NCBI GenBank assembly: GCA_041690055.1
Contig: JBDNFB010000084.1
Coordinates: 28,086-92,085, forward strand
Length of the DNA stretch: 64,000 bases
Source: Myxococcota bacterium
Lineage (GTDB): Bacteria > Myxococcota_A > UBA9160 > UBA4427
Direction: 5' to 3'
Both the position numbers and the translations under genes were made by a program. This document shows positions 28,259 through 37,863 of this stretch, piece after piece. Position 1 is the first letter of the stretch. Each line of letters opens with the position of its first letter. The notes below the pieces were generated by a model. The model saw only the letters and a program-made list of their open reading frames with translations. It made no database searches and had not been told where the DNA came from.

Positions 28259-29959
28259 TCAAGGCCGACCCTCTCCAGTAGGGCGACTGACCTGAATACC
28301 GCCCCGCGGCGCCAGCAGCTCGAGGTCGCCAGGCAGAATCATCCGCGCCAACCCCGCCAGCGGACTCACTCCCGAAGTCAGAGCCGTCCCAAGACTACTC
28401 ACGATCGTGCCGTCAGACAGGACGGCCGTGATGCCCGTCGAATCGTCCTCCAACGCGACCAAATCCCGCAAGCCCACGCCTGTCTTGATATCTACCGCCA
28501 CCAAAGACGAAAGCACAGGAAGCGTCACGTTCCGCCGCCCCAGCTTCGCCACATAGCCGTACACAACCGGTACAAGCACTCGGTCGCCCACGACCGTCGG
28601 ATTCCCATTCCCCGCCGCGATCGGATCTCCAAGCAACCAGCTCTTCGGAAGCGCCGCCTTCGCAAGCGCATCAAAATCACTCTCCCAACGCCGCTCCCCC
28701 GACTCGGTTATTGCGACAAGCGCCGGCCCATTCGCTTGCAGCGTAAACACGTCGCCGTTGGCGCCCACGGCCGCCGCTGCCGAAGCGGCCTTGGTCGGCA
28801 GCGTCCAAACGATTTCACCCGTGCGCGCATCGACGCCGTAGAACTGCCCCTCTTCGTCGCTGACGTAAACTCGGTGGCCAGCGGGCGAAAGCGACGGGCT
28901 CGAGCCACTCCCCGGACCCATATCCGTCGAGAATGCAATCTCGACCGCAACCTCGCCTGAACCAGACTCCTCCAGGTCGAGCGCGTAAAGCGCCCCCTTT
29001 CCTGGTTCGGTCGAAGTCGCCGCCACGAACACGCGACCACTTTCCATCTCAACCGCCGGCGTGTTCGCAGAGCGCATCGCGCCCCCAAAAAGAAGCTGCC
29101 AAGACCAGTCGCGGATTTCAGGATCGACGAGCCCCATCCCGAAAACGGATTCCGGCATAGGCATAGGCGAAGGCGGGGGCACATGCCCCGGCAATCGCAT
29201 AGGCGCGTTCAAAACCCGCCCGTCGGCACGGTCGACCACGAAGACATCACCCGCGTTTGTCACGCCTAATACGTTTCCCGCTTTGGTGAAGACGGCCGTC
29301 GTGAGTGCGTTCACCGGAATCCGTTCCGACGCGACCCAGTCCCCTTCCTGCGTCTCCGGCAATGAGACCACCCATTTCAACTGACCGTCTGGGCGATAAG
29401 CGAAGAGCTGATTGCAATCTCCGAGGTAGATATCGCCTTCGCGATCGACGATCGGACTCGAAAGAATCGCGCAAGGATCGATGCCCTTTTCGGGATCCTG
29501 CCACGGGCCGGAGTCCCAGACCAAATTGCCCTCGAGGTCAAACGCATGCAGGTTCGCATGGCCCACGGCCTTTCCAGAGGCAACATAGAGCTTCTTTCCG
29601 TCCGGGCTCATTGTCGGCGCCGTCAAGACCGCAGCGCCGGCAAGCGCCGTCCAAACCGTATACGCCCCCCCGAGCGGCGCACTCGGCACAAGCTTCCGAT
29701 TCGCCGGCCCCCTATGCAACGTCGCCCAACCCCCTTGCGAATAAACGCCCTCCCCCGCGCCCGACGTGACCGACGAAGAAACCGCCGTCCGTACGCCCTT
29801 GAAAACCAAAGAGCTCGGAGCAGGATCGATCGACTTCGCGCAAGCGAGGCTCAATCCAAACAAGAGCAAGAGACTCACGAACGGTGCACAGCGAAAGAAC
29901 GCTGCGAGATTGCGCGGGCGGGGCGGGGCAAAAGAACGAAGTAGTGGGCTGCGAATCAT
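28259..29959 (-). CDS. PQQ-like (BamB-type) beta-propeller repeat protein, secreted or lipoprotein
   Basis: The ORF opens at 30163. The ATG at 29959 gives MIRSPLL...LLLLFGLSLACAKS, a signal peptide. The protein has repeated G-x-x-x-W and YV/YA propeller blades. Confidence 0.65.
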   Translation of the reverse strand: MIRSPLLRSFAPPRPRNLAAFFRCAPFVSLLLLFGLSLACAKSIDPAPSSLVFKGVRTAVSSSVTSGAGEGVYSQGGWATLHRGPANRKLVPSAPLGGAYTVWTALAGAAVLTAPTMSPDGKKLYVASGKAVGHANLHAFDLEGNLVWDSGPWQDPEKGIDPCAILSSPIVDREGDIYLGDCNQLFAYRPDGQLKWVVSLPETQEGDWVASERIPVNALTTAVFTKAGNVLGVTNAGDVFVVDRADGRVLNAPMRLPGHVPPPSPMPMPESVFGMGLVDPEIRDWSWQLLFGGAMRSANTPAVEMESGRVFVAATSTEPGKGALYALDLEESGSGEVAVEIAFSTDMGPGSGSSPSLSPAGHRVYVSDEEGQFYGVDARTGEIVWTLPTKAASAAAAVGANGDVFTLQANGPALVAITESGERRWESDFDALAKAALPKSWLLGDPIAAGNGNPTVVGDRVLVPVVYGYVAKLGRRNVTLPVLSSLVAVDIKTGVGLRDLVALEDDSTGITAVLSDGTIVSSLGTALTSGVSPLAGLARMILPGDLELLAPRGGIQVSRPTGEGRP

Positions 29960-30041
29960 GATTAAGCTCCTCGGAGCGCCGATGATGGCCAAGGCCCTCT
30001 GCGCGCGCCAGCAAGCGCCCGGTCCCCTATCTTCGGTCGTA

Positions 30042-31505
30042 ATGGAGCCCAAGGCCGCTGTCCCGAAAAGCACCGTCGCGAGCCTGCCCCCAGCGATTCT
30101 CACGCTCGTCACGCTCGCCCTGATGGCTCGGCTCTTTCTGATGGTCGATGAACATGCCGTCAACCTGCCCTACTACGACCAACTCGACTTTTACGAGATC
30201 TTCAAAACGGACGCGAGTCCTTGGGAAGTTTTCCGCTACCAGCATGGACCGCATCGCCAAGGCCTCCCCTTCCTGGGGACACAGCTGCTGGCGGCGCTCA
30301 CGGACTGGAACATCCGCGCCGACGCTTTCTATGTTGCCGCCTACGTCTTTGCCGCCACAGGACTCGCCCTACTCCTGCGTCGAAGATTGCAGGGTTCGTC
30401 CTCTCTCTCCGACGTCATCATCCCTCTCCTCCTGCTCACACCCGCGCAGTACGGCATCTTCATTCACACGCCTAATGCCTCTCATGGCGCCGGACCGCTC
30501 TTTCTATTAATACTCTATTGCCTAACCCTTACGCATAAAGATCGCATGGCGCGCTATGCGGCCCTCGTCTTCCTCAATTTCGTCATGCTGCATACAGGCT
30601 TTGCGTTTTTTGTGGGAGGCATTACGCCTATGCTTCTTGCCATCTTCACGTATCAAGACGCGCGGGCGGGTGGCTGGAAGCCTGCGCGCCTTCCTGCAGG
30701 CGCCTTCCTCGTCTCCCTGCTTTCGGTCGCTGTCTTCTTCTGGAACTACACGGAAAAGCAAGGACTCGACCAAGTTCGGGGCACCGAAGACTGGATGCTC
30801 TATCCGAAATATCTCGCGGCACTCTTCGCGAATGTCCTCGGCCTGAAGAACACGACGGGGGCTGAGCCCTCTCTTGCTTTGGCGGCCGGCACCGCCGCGG
30901 GGATCGCCGTCCTTGCCGTCGCAATCTGGTCATTGAGTGACCTTCTCAAGGCGAGCCCCTGTGATGCAGCAGCACGCGAAATGGCAGTCGATCCGGGACC
31001 AGAGCAGCACGCCGAAGGGCTTCCGCGGCATGCACTCGCATCGGTTTGTTTCACGCTAACCCTATTCACGCTGCTCTACGGGATCGCAACCGCGATCGGG
31101 CGCGTTCATCTCGGCCTATCTGGCGCGCAGTCGACGCGCTACGTGCCGCTCGTCGTGCCTGCCTTTCTCGGCCTGTACTTTGCGACCCCCGCAATTCGTT
31201 CAAAAAAGGCGCGTCAGTCCCTCACCGCTCTCATGGTCGTGGCACTCGTCGCCGCCACCTTCCCCATGCGCGAGGCCGAGTCGCGCTTCATGCATAGGCT
31301 ATCGGCGAGCAAACGCACCTGGATCGCCACCTATCTCAAAAGAAACGATATCCGGGCAGCGGATCGCGCTGCTCGCCTCCGCGTCTACCCTTTTGTCGGC
31401 CCGAAGTTCCACACCGCCGAAAAGTTCGAGTACATGCGCCAGCATCGCCTGAGCTTTTTCGCTGCATCAGAGACGGCAGTAGAGGGGCAGAAAGAGGAAA
31501 AGTAG
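30042..31505 (+). CDS. polytopic membrane protein, possible GT-C-fold glycosyltransferase
   Basis: About 487 aa from the ATG at 30042 (the ORF opens at 29766) with about 11-12 TM helices. A D-E pair (MVDEHAVN) follows TM1, as in ArnT/PMT-like enzymes. The family call is weak. Confidence 0.55.
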   Translation: MEPKAAVPKSTVASLPPAILTLVTLALMARLFLMVDEHAVNLPYYDQLDFYEIFKTDASPWEVFRYQHGPHRQGLPFLGTQLLAALTDWNIRADAFYVAAYVFAATGLALLLRRRLQGSSSLSDVIIPLLLLTPAQYGIFIHTPNASHGAGPLFLLILYCLTLTHKDRMARYAALVFLNFVMLHTGFAFFVGGITPMLLAIFTYQDARAGGWKPARLPAGAFLVSLLSVAVFFWNYTEKQGLDQVRGTEDWMLYPKYLAALFANVLGLKNTTGAEPSLALAAGTAAGIAVLAVAIWSLSDLLKASPCDAAAREMAVDPGPEQHAEGLPRHALASVCFTLTLFTLLYGIATAIGRVHLGLSGAQSTRYVPLVVPAFLGLYFATPAIRSKKARQSLTALMVVALVAATFPMREAESRFMHRLSASKRTWIATYLKRNDIRAADRAARLRVYPFVGPKFHTAEKFEYMRQHRLSFFAASETAVEGQKEEK

Positions 31506-31572
31506 GCAGCGAGCCTAACGAAGCCTTGCAGACGACGGCGAAGGTGGAAACGGAGGTGAAGCTGGAGGCGAA

Positions 31573-32121
31573 TCAGCTCTGCTTCGCTAGGTAAGCGGGC
31601 CATTCTCGCGCGACCGCACGCATCATCGCCGGGTAGACGATCCAGTGTCGAAAGGGAGCAATCGCGGCCATATACGCTTGGCCGAAGATTCCCTTCGGCT
31701 TCACGTGGACGCCCATTTGCGGCGCCCATTCGCCCGAGAACTGCCCTCCCTCTTGAGCGTCGAGTGCGACGCGGCCGATATGCATGAAGGCATGCACGGT
31801 CGCATTCTCGATTTCGAGAAGCTCCTCCTCGGCAACGCGATAAACGGGCTCGAACGGCACGCCTGCCTTCGAATCATCGCGATCACCGTCCCAACCAAAA
31901 ATTCCCCCCAGCCAGGAGCGAAGGGCGAAAAGGCCCCCCGCAAGGCTGCGCTGCTTTGTGAAATCTGCGAGCAGCTGCGTGCGGAAATCCAGAAACGTCT
32001 TGAGCGGGATATCGGGCGCGATCCGAATGGGAAATCGCCATACGTCGAGTAGCTCGAAGCCACGCGCTGGTTCATGAACCTGCCAGGACTGCACTTGATG
32101 TTCTTCGATCGGGCAACGCAT
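31573..32121 (-). CDS. hypothetical protein, DUF2867-like
   Basis: 182 aa. The segments ELLDVWRF and LFALRSWLGGIFGWDG resemble DUF2867 by recollection. It lies downstream of the PEP-utilising enzyme on the same strand. Confidence 0.45.
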   Translation of the reverse strand: MRCPIEEHQVQSWQVHEPARGFELLDVWRFPIRIAPDIPLKTFLDFRTQLLADFTKQRSLAGGLFALRSWLGGIFGWDGDRDDSKAGVPFEPVYRVAEEELLEIENATVHAFMHIGRVALDAQEGGQFSGEWAPQMGVHVKPKGIFGQAYMAAIAPFRHWIVYPAMMRAVAREWPAYLAKQS

Positions 32122-32168
32122 TCAACCTCCGATCGGGCGCTCTACGAGCCTAGCAGGCCATCGGGTAT

Positions 32169-34736
32169 TCAACTGGACTCGGGGTCGCCCTTGTCCGGCG
32201 CCTCGACGAGGTCGAGTCTGGTAATTAGACCACGGTCGCCGTCCAAAATGACGCGCTCTCCCGTGCGCAAGACTGAGGTTCCGATTCGCGTGTTCAGTAC
32301 GGCAGGTAATCCGTACTCGCGGGCGACCACGGCCCCATGCGAAACGGCGCTGCCCACATCCGTGACGAGTCCCGCGATGATGGCGAAGTACGGCGTCCAA
32401 CCGACGTCTGTAATCGGAGCGACCAGGATCTCACCCGGCTGAAGCGTTTCCGCCTCTTCGAGCGTGTGCACAACGCGAACTCGACCCTCAACTCGACCAC
32501 GGCTGACGGGCTTGCCGACCACCTCGCGTTCATCTCCCGTCCCCGTGGCCTTCGGCTCGGGCTGAGGCAGCCCGACAGCCACTTCCGGAAAGCTCAACGT
32601 CTCTTGATAGGCGAGCGCTTCACGCCGGGTGATCGCAAGCGCATGATAGGCAGAGAACGTGTTCGCCTCGGCCCGTGTCAGCTCACCGATTTCTTCATGC
32701 AAAAGGAAATAGATGGCATCGGCATCGGGCAGTCGCCCTTCTGCAACAAGCTGTGCCGCTAGCGCACGGTAGGCGCGCTTGAAATGAGCAGTGAGGCCAA
32801 CAAGAAGCGACTTCCCACGTTCCCGATTGCGCACTGCGGCGTGCGCGATCCCCTGAATTCGCTTGAACTGCTCGGCTCCGGGCAAGGGCGCGAGTCGGGA
32901 CGCGGGTCGGACTTTGGAGTTCCTCGCAGGGGAACCATCCTCGCCCTGACTCGCGATGCGCCCACGCAACTGCGTTTGGAGTGAACGCACCAAGGGCGTA
33001 GGATCATACCCCCACTCGGGCTGTCGGATATCGAGCTCGCGAAGACTGCGATGATGATGTCGGAAGAGGTAGTCGCGCCAGAGCGGCTGTGCACTACCGG
33101 CGGCCTCGCTCTCAAGCCAAGCAATCGCTTCGCCCCGCTCAAGATCGATAAAGGCAGCCGAGGTTTCCCGCGCCGCGACGAGTGCATCGAGAATCGCCTC
33201 GATCCCTTCTGCGATATCCGCACTCTCCACGCCTTCCGCGCCCGCCAAAAGCGAAGCCACAACGGCATGATGCTCGTCGGTGGGCTCGCCTTCCCCCGCC
33301 AATCGACGGAGCAGAATCGGCGCGAGCGCGCCCGCGCCCGACGACACGATCAGATGCAATTCATAGGCTTCGTTCAGATCGTCCTTTTTTGCGTCGATCC
33401 GCTCCCAGGATTCTCGACTCGAAGCACCAACAGACATAGCCCCGCGCGCGAGTAGAGCCTCCATCCGGCGGAGCCGCGGTTTCGGTCGAAGAACCGCAAA
33501 GACCTGCTTGAAGATGCGCGGCAGCCGCGTGCTTAGGGACGGCACAGGAATGGCCTTCACCTCCGGCACCAGGCGCCCGCAGATCGCAAGACTCTGCTGG
33601 TCCGGACTCGAGCCCATGACGGCAGAAGAAAAACGCGAGCCTTCGCTCAGGTTGATGAAGAGATGTCCGTGAGACATGCCGATATAGCAGGAATCCGAAG
33701 TCGTCGTCCGCGCAACGCCCACCGATTCCATGATCCGCATCCAACCCAGATCGATCCCGCGCGCGCAGGTCGAAAATGTGAGCGGCGAAACTGCGCCGGG
33801 CATCATCTCGCCGACGTTGCATCGCGTATAGACATCGCTCGGCTCGCTTGAATGCGTATCGAGAGACTGCGGATCGAGACCGAGGGTCGTGATCGGACGT
33901 GCCTGCAGCCAGAAGAGCTCGCCTTCCGAATCGATCGCCCATTCGAGATCAAGCGGCTCGCCCACATTCGCTTCCGCCTTGAGCGCTTCCCGCGCGATCC
34001 ATTCGCGCTCTTCCTGCGAAAGAACCGGACTCGCCTCTTCGCTCGAAAGATCTGTCGACTCCCAGACGTGTTGCTCGCGCTGGAGCTCGTCATGATCTGG
34101 ACTCGCCAGCCCCGAGACAAGCGCCTCGCCCAAACCGCGCACCGAATCGATCACGAGACGATTGCGCCGATTCGTTACGGGATCCACCGTGAAGCAAACA
34201 CCGGACGCGCGAGCGTCGACCATGCGCTGCACCACGACGGACATCACCGGTGCGGCCACACCCGAAGCGCCGGTCTCGGCGTCATAGATCTCTCGCGCCT
34301 CGCGGTAGGCCGTGGCCCGATCGTTCTCTGCAGAAAGCAGGCAGGCCTCGATGGCTTCGCGCAGCGCCGGTTCGCCGCGCACGTCGAGAATCGTCTCGTA
34401 TTGCCCCGCAAAGGACGTCTCGGCGCCATCTTCGCCCAGCGCCGATGAGCGCACCGCGAGTGGGACGTCGCCCAACTCCGTGATCAGCTCTGCGAGGCCC
34501 GAAGGCAAATAGCCCACCTGGGCGCCAACGAGCACGCGTGCGTCTGGCACGCGGAGCCCCATCCCGCGCAAGCGCGCCAGCCCTTCGGCCTTGCCGCCAA
34601 CGGGTTCGTTCGCGATTTCATCAAGCGCCGCGGCTTTATTAGGTGCCGCGGCTTTATTGAGTGCCGCGGCTCCATTGAGTGCCGCGGCCTTATTAAGTGC
34701 CACGAGCTCATCAAGTGTCAGGATTCTCGTCGCCAA
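32169..34736 (-). CDS. PEP-utilising three-domain enzyme with rifampicin-phosphotransferase-like architecture (PpsA-like)
   Basis: 855 aa. The N-terminal PEP/pyruvate-binding ATP-grasp domain reads VGGKAEGLARLRGMGLRVP. An uncharacterised middle region of about 450 aa follows. The C-terminal swivel domain carries the catalytic His context, TDVGSAVSHGAVVAREYGLPAV. Confidence 0.85.
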   Translation of the reverse strand: MATRILTLDELVALNKAAALNGAAALNKAAAPNKAAALDEIANEPVGGKAEGLARLRGMGLRVPDARVLVGAQVGYLPSGLAELITELGDVPLAVRSSALGEDGAETSFAGQYETILDVRGEPALREAIEACLLSAENDRATAYREAREIYDAETGASGVAAPVMSVVVQRMVDARASGVCFTVDPVTNRRNRLVIDSVRGLGEALVSGLASPDHDELQREQHVWESTDLSSEEASPVLSQEEREWIAREALKAEANVGEPLDLEWAIDSEGELFWLQARPITTLGLDPQSLDTHSSEPSDVYTRCNVGEMMPGAVSPLTFSTCARGIDLGWMRIMESVGVARTTTSDSCYIGMSHGHLFINLSEGSRFSSAVMGSSPDQQSLAICGRLVPEVKAIPVPSLSTRLPRIFKQVFAVLRPKPRLRRMEALLARGAMSVGASSRESWERIDAKKDDLNEAYELHLIVSSGAGALAPILLRRLAGEGEPTDEHHAVVASLLAGAEGVESADIAEGIEAILDALVAARETSAAFIDLERGEAIAWLESEAAGSAQPLWRDYLFRHHHRSLRELDIRQPEWGYDPTPLVRSLQTQLRGRIASQGEDGSPARNSKVRPASRLAPLPGAEQFKRIQGIAHAAVRNRERGKSLLVGLTAHFKRAYRALAAQLVAEGRLPDADAIYFLLHEEIGELTRAEANTFSAYHALAITRREALAYQETLSFPEVAVGLPQPEPKATGTGDEREVVGKPVSRGRVEGRVRVVHTLEEAETLQPGEILVAPITDVGWTPYFAIIAGLVTDVGSAVSHGAVVAREYGLPAVLNTRIGTSVLRTGERVILDGDRGLITRLDLVEAPDKGDPESS
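34627..34698. repeat. 18-bp in-frame tandem repeat x4 at the 5' end of the PEP-utilising enzyme gene
   Basis: The units are GCCGCGGCTTTATTAGGT, GCCGCGGCTTTATTGAGT, GCCGCGGCTCCATTGAGT and GCCGCGGCCTTATTAAGT. They encode (A-A-L-N-K/G-A)n. Confidence 0.9.
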
Positions 34737-34794
34737 CGGAGCGGCTCCTCATATTCCGGGCCCGCAGTATGACGCATCGCGGAACCGTCGCGAG

Positions 34795-35397
34795 TCAGTT
34801 CTTGGCGACAACTCCAAACAGATCGACCGCCGTTTGATCGAGCCGATTCTTGACCCGCTCGCGAAAAGCGACCCGATCCTCATCCTTTACATCGACAAGT
34901 CGAACGAGGTACTCCTCGAAGGCGACCCAGCCCAACTGACCCATCACCAGAAACGCAAAATTCGCCTTGGCGTCGAGATCATCCTCTGCAATCTCATTGC
35001 GCTCGCGAACCGTTGCAAACACACGCTGCGGAACGGAGAAACCTTCGTCGATCTCGACCTGCGCAAGATCGAGATCTCCCTCGATCACCGCCCGGCAAGT
35101 CGCCTGCCAGTAGCGCGCATCTGCTTTCAGCGAGAGTGTAGGCGGAGCCGGCGCACCGACGGCACGGACAAGGGCCTTTTCCCAATGTTCGGCCGCGAGA
35201 TAAGCCATCGCTGCACGAAGCAGCCCCCGCTTCCCACCAAAATAGTGATGAATCTGGCCATGGTTCACGCCCGCGCGCTCCGCCACATTGCGGATCGAAA
35301 GCGTTCGCGGCCCGACTTCGGCGAGCATGTCACATGCCGCTTCGACCAGCGCCGCCTTAACTGCGTTGCTGCCTCGAACTGGATTCTCATCAGACAT
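34795..35397 (-). CDS. TetR/AcrR family transcriptional regulator
   Basis: 200 aa with an N-terminal HTH, LSIRNVAERAGVNHGQIHHYFGGKRGLL. Confidence 0.85.
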   Translation of the reverse strand: MSDENPVRGSNAVKAALVEAACDMLAEVGPRTLSIRNVAERAGVNHGQIHHYFGGKRGLLRAAMAYLAAEHWEKALVRAVGAPAPPTLSLKADARYWQATCRAVIEGDLDLAQVEIDEGFSVPQRVFATVRERNEIAEDDLDAKANFAFLVMGQLGWVAFEEYLVRLVDVKDEDRVAFRERVKNRLDQTAVDLFGVVAKN

Positions 35398-35410
35398 TCA
35401 GCACGCCCCT

Positions 35411-35425
35411 TTAATCCGTTAATCC
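35411..35425. promoter_or_regulatory. two adjacent TTAATCC heptamers (a third lies at 35515-35521) in the TetR/TPR divergent intergenic region; possible operator
   Basis: TTAATCC lies at 35411-17 and 35419-25, 14-28 nt upstream of the TetR start codon. Function is not established. Confidence 0.2.
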
Positions 35426-35544
35426 AACCGTCTAGGTCCATCTAAATACGGGCGTTGCCCTTTGGCGAAGTGTGAGATCTATCACGCCCCCGAAGCGAGA
35501 TTCACCCGATCCATTTAATCCCAACTTCACCGGAGAAGAAAACC

Positions 35545-36333
35545 GTGGCGACCCCCCTTTGCGCCGTCCGTGGCCGAGAATCCCAGCTCCTGACCGAAGC
35601 CCATCGCGCCCGTAACAAAGGCCGCGACCGTGCGGCAATTCGACTCTACCGACGCATTCTCGTCGAAAACCCGCGGAACCGTGAGGTCTCTTTGCGAGTC
35701 GCCCCACTACTCGCCTGTGCCGGTGAATCGTTTGAAGCGTGGCAGCTTTACCGCCGTGCTGCACTCGATTTCGCTCGCGAAAAACAATATTCCGAGTGCC
35801 TGACAACCTATCGCGAAGCCTGCCGCTATGTTCCTTATGAGTTCGAGGCTTGGCGGCTATGCGCAGAACTCCAGCTTAAGATGAAGCAGCCTGATGCCGC
35901 GTTCGAAACTCTCGTTGATGGACGCATGCATTTCGGCGGTCCGAACACCCGAGCCCAGGCCATCTCGCTGCTCTGTCGCGCGAGAGAAATCGAGCCTTGG
36001 GACGATCATCTCTTGCTCGATCTGGCTGGGCTCTACGCTCTAAACGACCAAGCCGATCTCGCTCTCGAACTCTTGTCGACGCTGTCGTGCCGCGTCTCGG
36101 GGCCCATACTTAGGCGCGTCCGAAGCCGTCAGCTCCGCCTAACGCTCTCTGCCCGCTACGCCTTCCTTTGGCTTCGCACCTTCCGCGACTCCGACTCTCC
36201 TGCGGAGATGCCGCTCGTTGAACGGGTCAACCCGTTCGACGACGTGCTCTTCCAAGAAATCGAGTCGGCGGATTCAAGGCCGGTTATCGAAGCGGAGGTC
36301 GAATTTCCTCACCTCCGCCAGGTCGGCCCATAG
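35545..36333 (+). CDS. TPR-like repeat protein (hypothetical)
   Basis: 262 aa with a GTG start. It has helical repeat pairs with A/Y/L periodicity (AIRLYRRILVENP..., AWRLCAELQLKMKQPDAA). It is divergent from the TetR gene. Confidence 0.5.
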   Translation: MATPLCAVRGRESQLLTEAHRARNKGRDRAAIRLYRRILVENPRNREVSLRVAPLLACAGESFEAWQLYRRAALDFAREKQYSECLTTYREACRYVPYEFEAWRLCAELQLKMKQPDAAFETLVDGRMHFGGPNTRAQAISLLCRAREIEPWDDHLLLDLAGLYALNDQADLALELLSTLSCRVSGPILRRVRSRQLRLTLSARYAFLWLRTFRDSDSPAEMPLVERVNPFDDVLFQEIESADSRPVIEAEVEFPHLRQVGP

Positions 36334-36357
36334 CGGCCCCGCCCACGCGTCGTTCTC

Positions 36358-36393
36358 CGCTTCGTCCTAGGCTTCGCCCTACGCTTCGTCCTC
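36358..36393. repeat. 12-bp tandem repeat x3 spanning the nitroreductase stop codon
   Basis: The units are cgcttcgtccta, ggcttcgcccta and cgcttcgtcctc. On the minus strand this reads ...E D E A stop G E A stop D E A..., so the stop-containing unit is duplicated in frame. Confidence 0.8.
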
Positions 36394-37047
36394 GGTCGTA
36401 CGCTTCTCGCCCCAACGATTCCAGAATGTCACCTCCCGAGCGCTCTTTCGCTTCGCGGGTCGCAGGACGGCATCCTTGGTATAAGCCACGGGCAAGAGAA
36501 TCGTCTGCGTCACGTTCTCAGGAATCCCGAGCGCAGCCGCCACCCGTTCCTCCTCCGTGACAAGCAGAGTCGTCCAAGTCGCACCCAGTCCCCGCGCGCG
36601 CAGTGCGAGCATGAGCGACCAAGCCGCCGGGAGCACCGACCCGTAGAACGCCACCTGCAGAGCCGTATTCTCGGGATCCGGCCGGCCCTCGGAACAAACG
36701 AGAATCAGCGCCGGCATGCGATGCAGATTTTCCGCCAGCCCTCTATATGTCGGCCTCTCGCTCGGCAGATCTTCACGCCGAACATCCGCGGGCAGCTCGC
36801 CGCGAAAGCGATCCATCAAAGCATCGAATCCCGAACGATAGAGTTCCGCGATCTTCCACTTCGCCGCGTCTTCCGTCACCACAACGAAACGCCAAGCCTC
36901 TTGGTTCAGCCCTGTCGGCGCCTGAACGGCCGCTTCAATACACTCTTCGATCACTTCAGGTTCGACGGCTCGGTCAAAATCCAGCCGTCGCCGAACCGAC
37001 CGCGTCGTCCGCACGACTTCGAAAAAGTCATCACTCGCTGTCGTCAT
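36379..37047 (-). CDS. nitroreductase family protein
   Basis: 222 aa. It reads RTTRSVRR...D and QEAWRFVVV, with the size typical of the FMN nitroreductase fold. Confidence 0.75.
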   Translation of the reverse strand: MTTASDDFFEVVRTTRSVRRRLDFDRAVEPEVIEECIEAAVQAPTGLNQEAWRFVVVTEDAAKWKIAELYRSGFDALMDRFRGELPADVRREDLPSERPTYRGLAENLHRMPALILVCSEGRPDPENTALQVAFYGSVLPAAWSLMLALRARGLGATWTTLLVTEEERVAAALGIPENVTQTILLPVAYTKDAVLRPAKRKSAREVTFWNRWGEKRTTEDEA

Positions 37048-37096
37048 ACGCGCGGGCGTCTAAAGCACATAAAGCGCACGGGGCACATGAGACGCA

Positions 37097-37825
37097 TTAG
37101 GCGGTCTGCCGAATCAGCACCCGGCGGCATTGAGGACATTGCAGCAGCGCCTCCTCCGGCTCCGCGACCATCTTCCGCAACTCGATCGACGGCAGCTTGA
37201 TTCGACAGCCGGTGCATCGCCCCTCCTCAAGCGGCGCCACGCCGCGGCCTCGGGCCCGCTCCTGCGCACGCACGCGATCGTAGGCGGAGAGAACAGGCAC
37301 CGGCAGACCCTGCATGAGTCCCTCACGTTTTTGCATCAGGCTGGCAATCTCTGACTCGATTTCCGTTTCCGCATTTTGGAGGGTCGCTTGGGCTTTCTCG
37401 GTCTCGGACAGATTCTCGGCCCGCGCTGCATTCTGTTCATTCAGGGCGGCTTCGAGTTTCTCGATCGCCAGCAGGAGTTCGAGTTCCTGCTCCTCGTACT
37501 CGGACTGCTTCTCGCGAAGGGCCGCTTGCGAAGCTTTGTGTTCGACCGCTTGATCGCGATCAATGCGCTTGCCCGAATAGCGTTCGACCTCAGCCGCCTC
37601 GATATCCTTGGCCACCTGGGACACGGACCGTCCCAGCTCGGATTCCTGCTGGACCCGCGCCTGGCCTGCAGAGCGAATTTTCGCCAGCTCAGCGTCGATC
37701 GCAGTGAGTTTTTTCGCCAGCTTGGGTAGGGCCGCCCGTTCCGGCAGTTCTTCGGCCTTTAGGCGAAGTGCACCTGCTGCAAGGTCGAGTTCTTGGATCT
37801 GGAGAAGCGGAGCCAGAAGAGACAT
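37097..37825 (-). CDS. coiled-coil zinc-ribbon protein (COG1579 / DUF164-type)
   Basis: 242 aa. A long coiled coil is followed by CTGCRIKLP...CPQCRRVL, a C4 zinc ribbon. Confidence 0.75.
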   Translation of the reverse strand: MSLLAPLLQIQELDLAAGALRLKAEELPERAALPKLAKKLTAIDAELAKIRSAGQARVQQESELGRSVSQVAKDIEAAEVERYSGKRIDRDQAVEHKASQAALREKQSEYEEQELELLLAIEKLEAALNEQNAARAENLSETEKAQATLQNAETEIESEIASLMQKREGLMQGLPVPVLSAYDRVRAQERARGRGVAPLEEGRCTGCRIKLPSIELRKMVAEPEEALLQCPQCRRVLIRQTA

Positions 37826-37863
37826 AGTCGGGAGGTGCTCCTTTTAGGAAAGGATAGACCAAA

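Noticed and set aside
35471-35484. GTGAGATCTATCAC as a palindromic TetR operator
   Set aside because: Only the outer GTGA/TCAC arms are complementary, and the centre is not symmetric. This is too weak to call. The TTAATCC heptamer repeats nearby are listed as a low-confidence feature instead.
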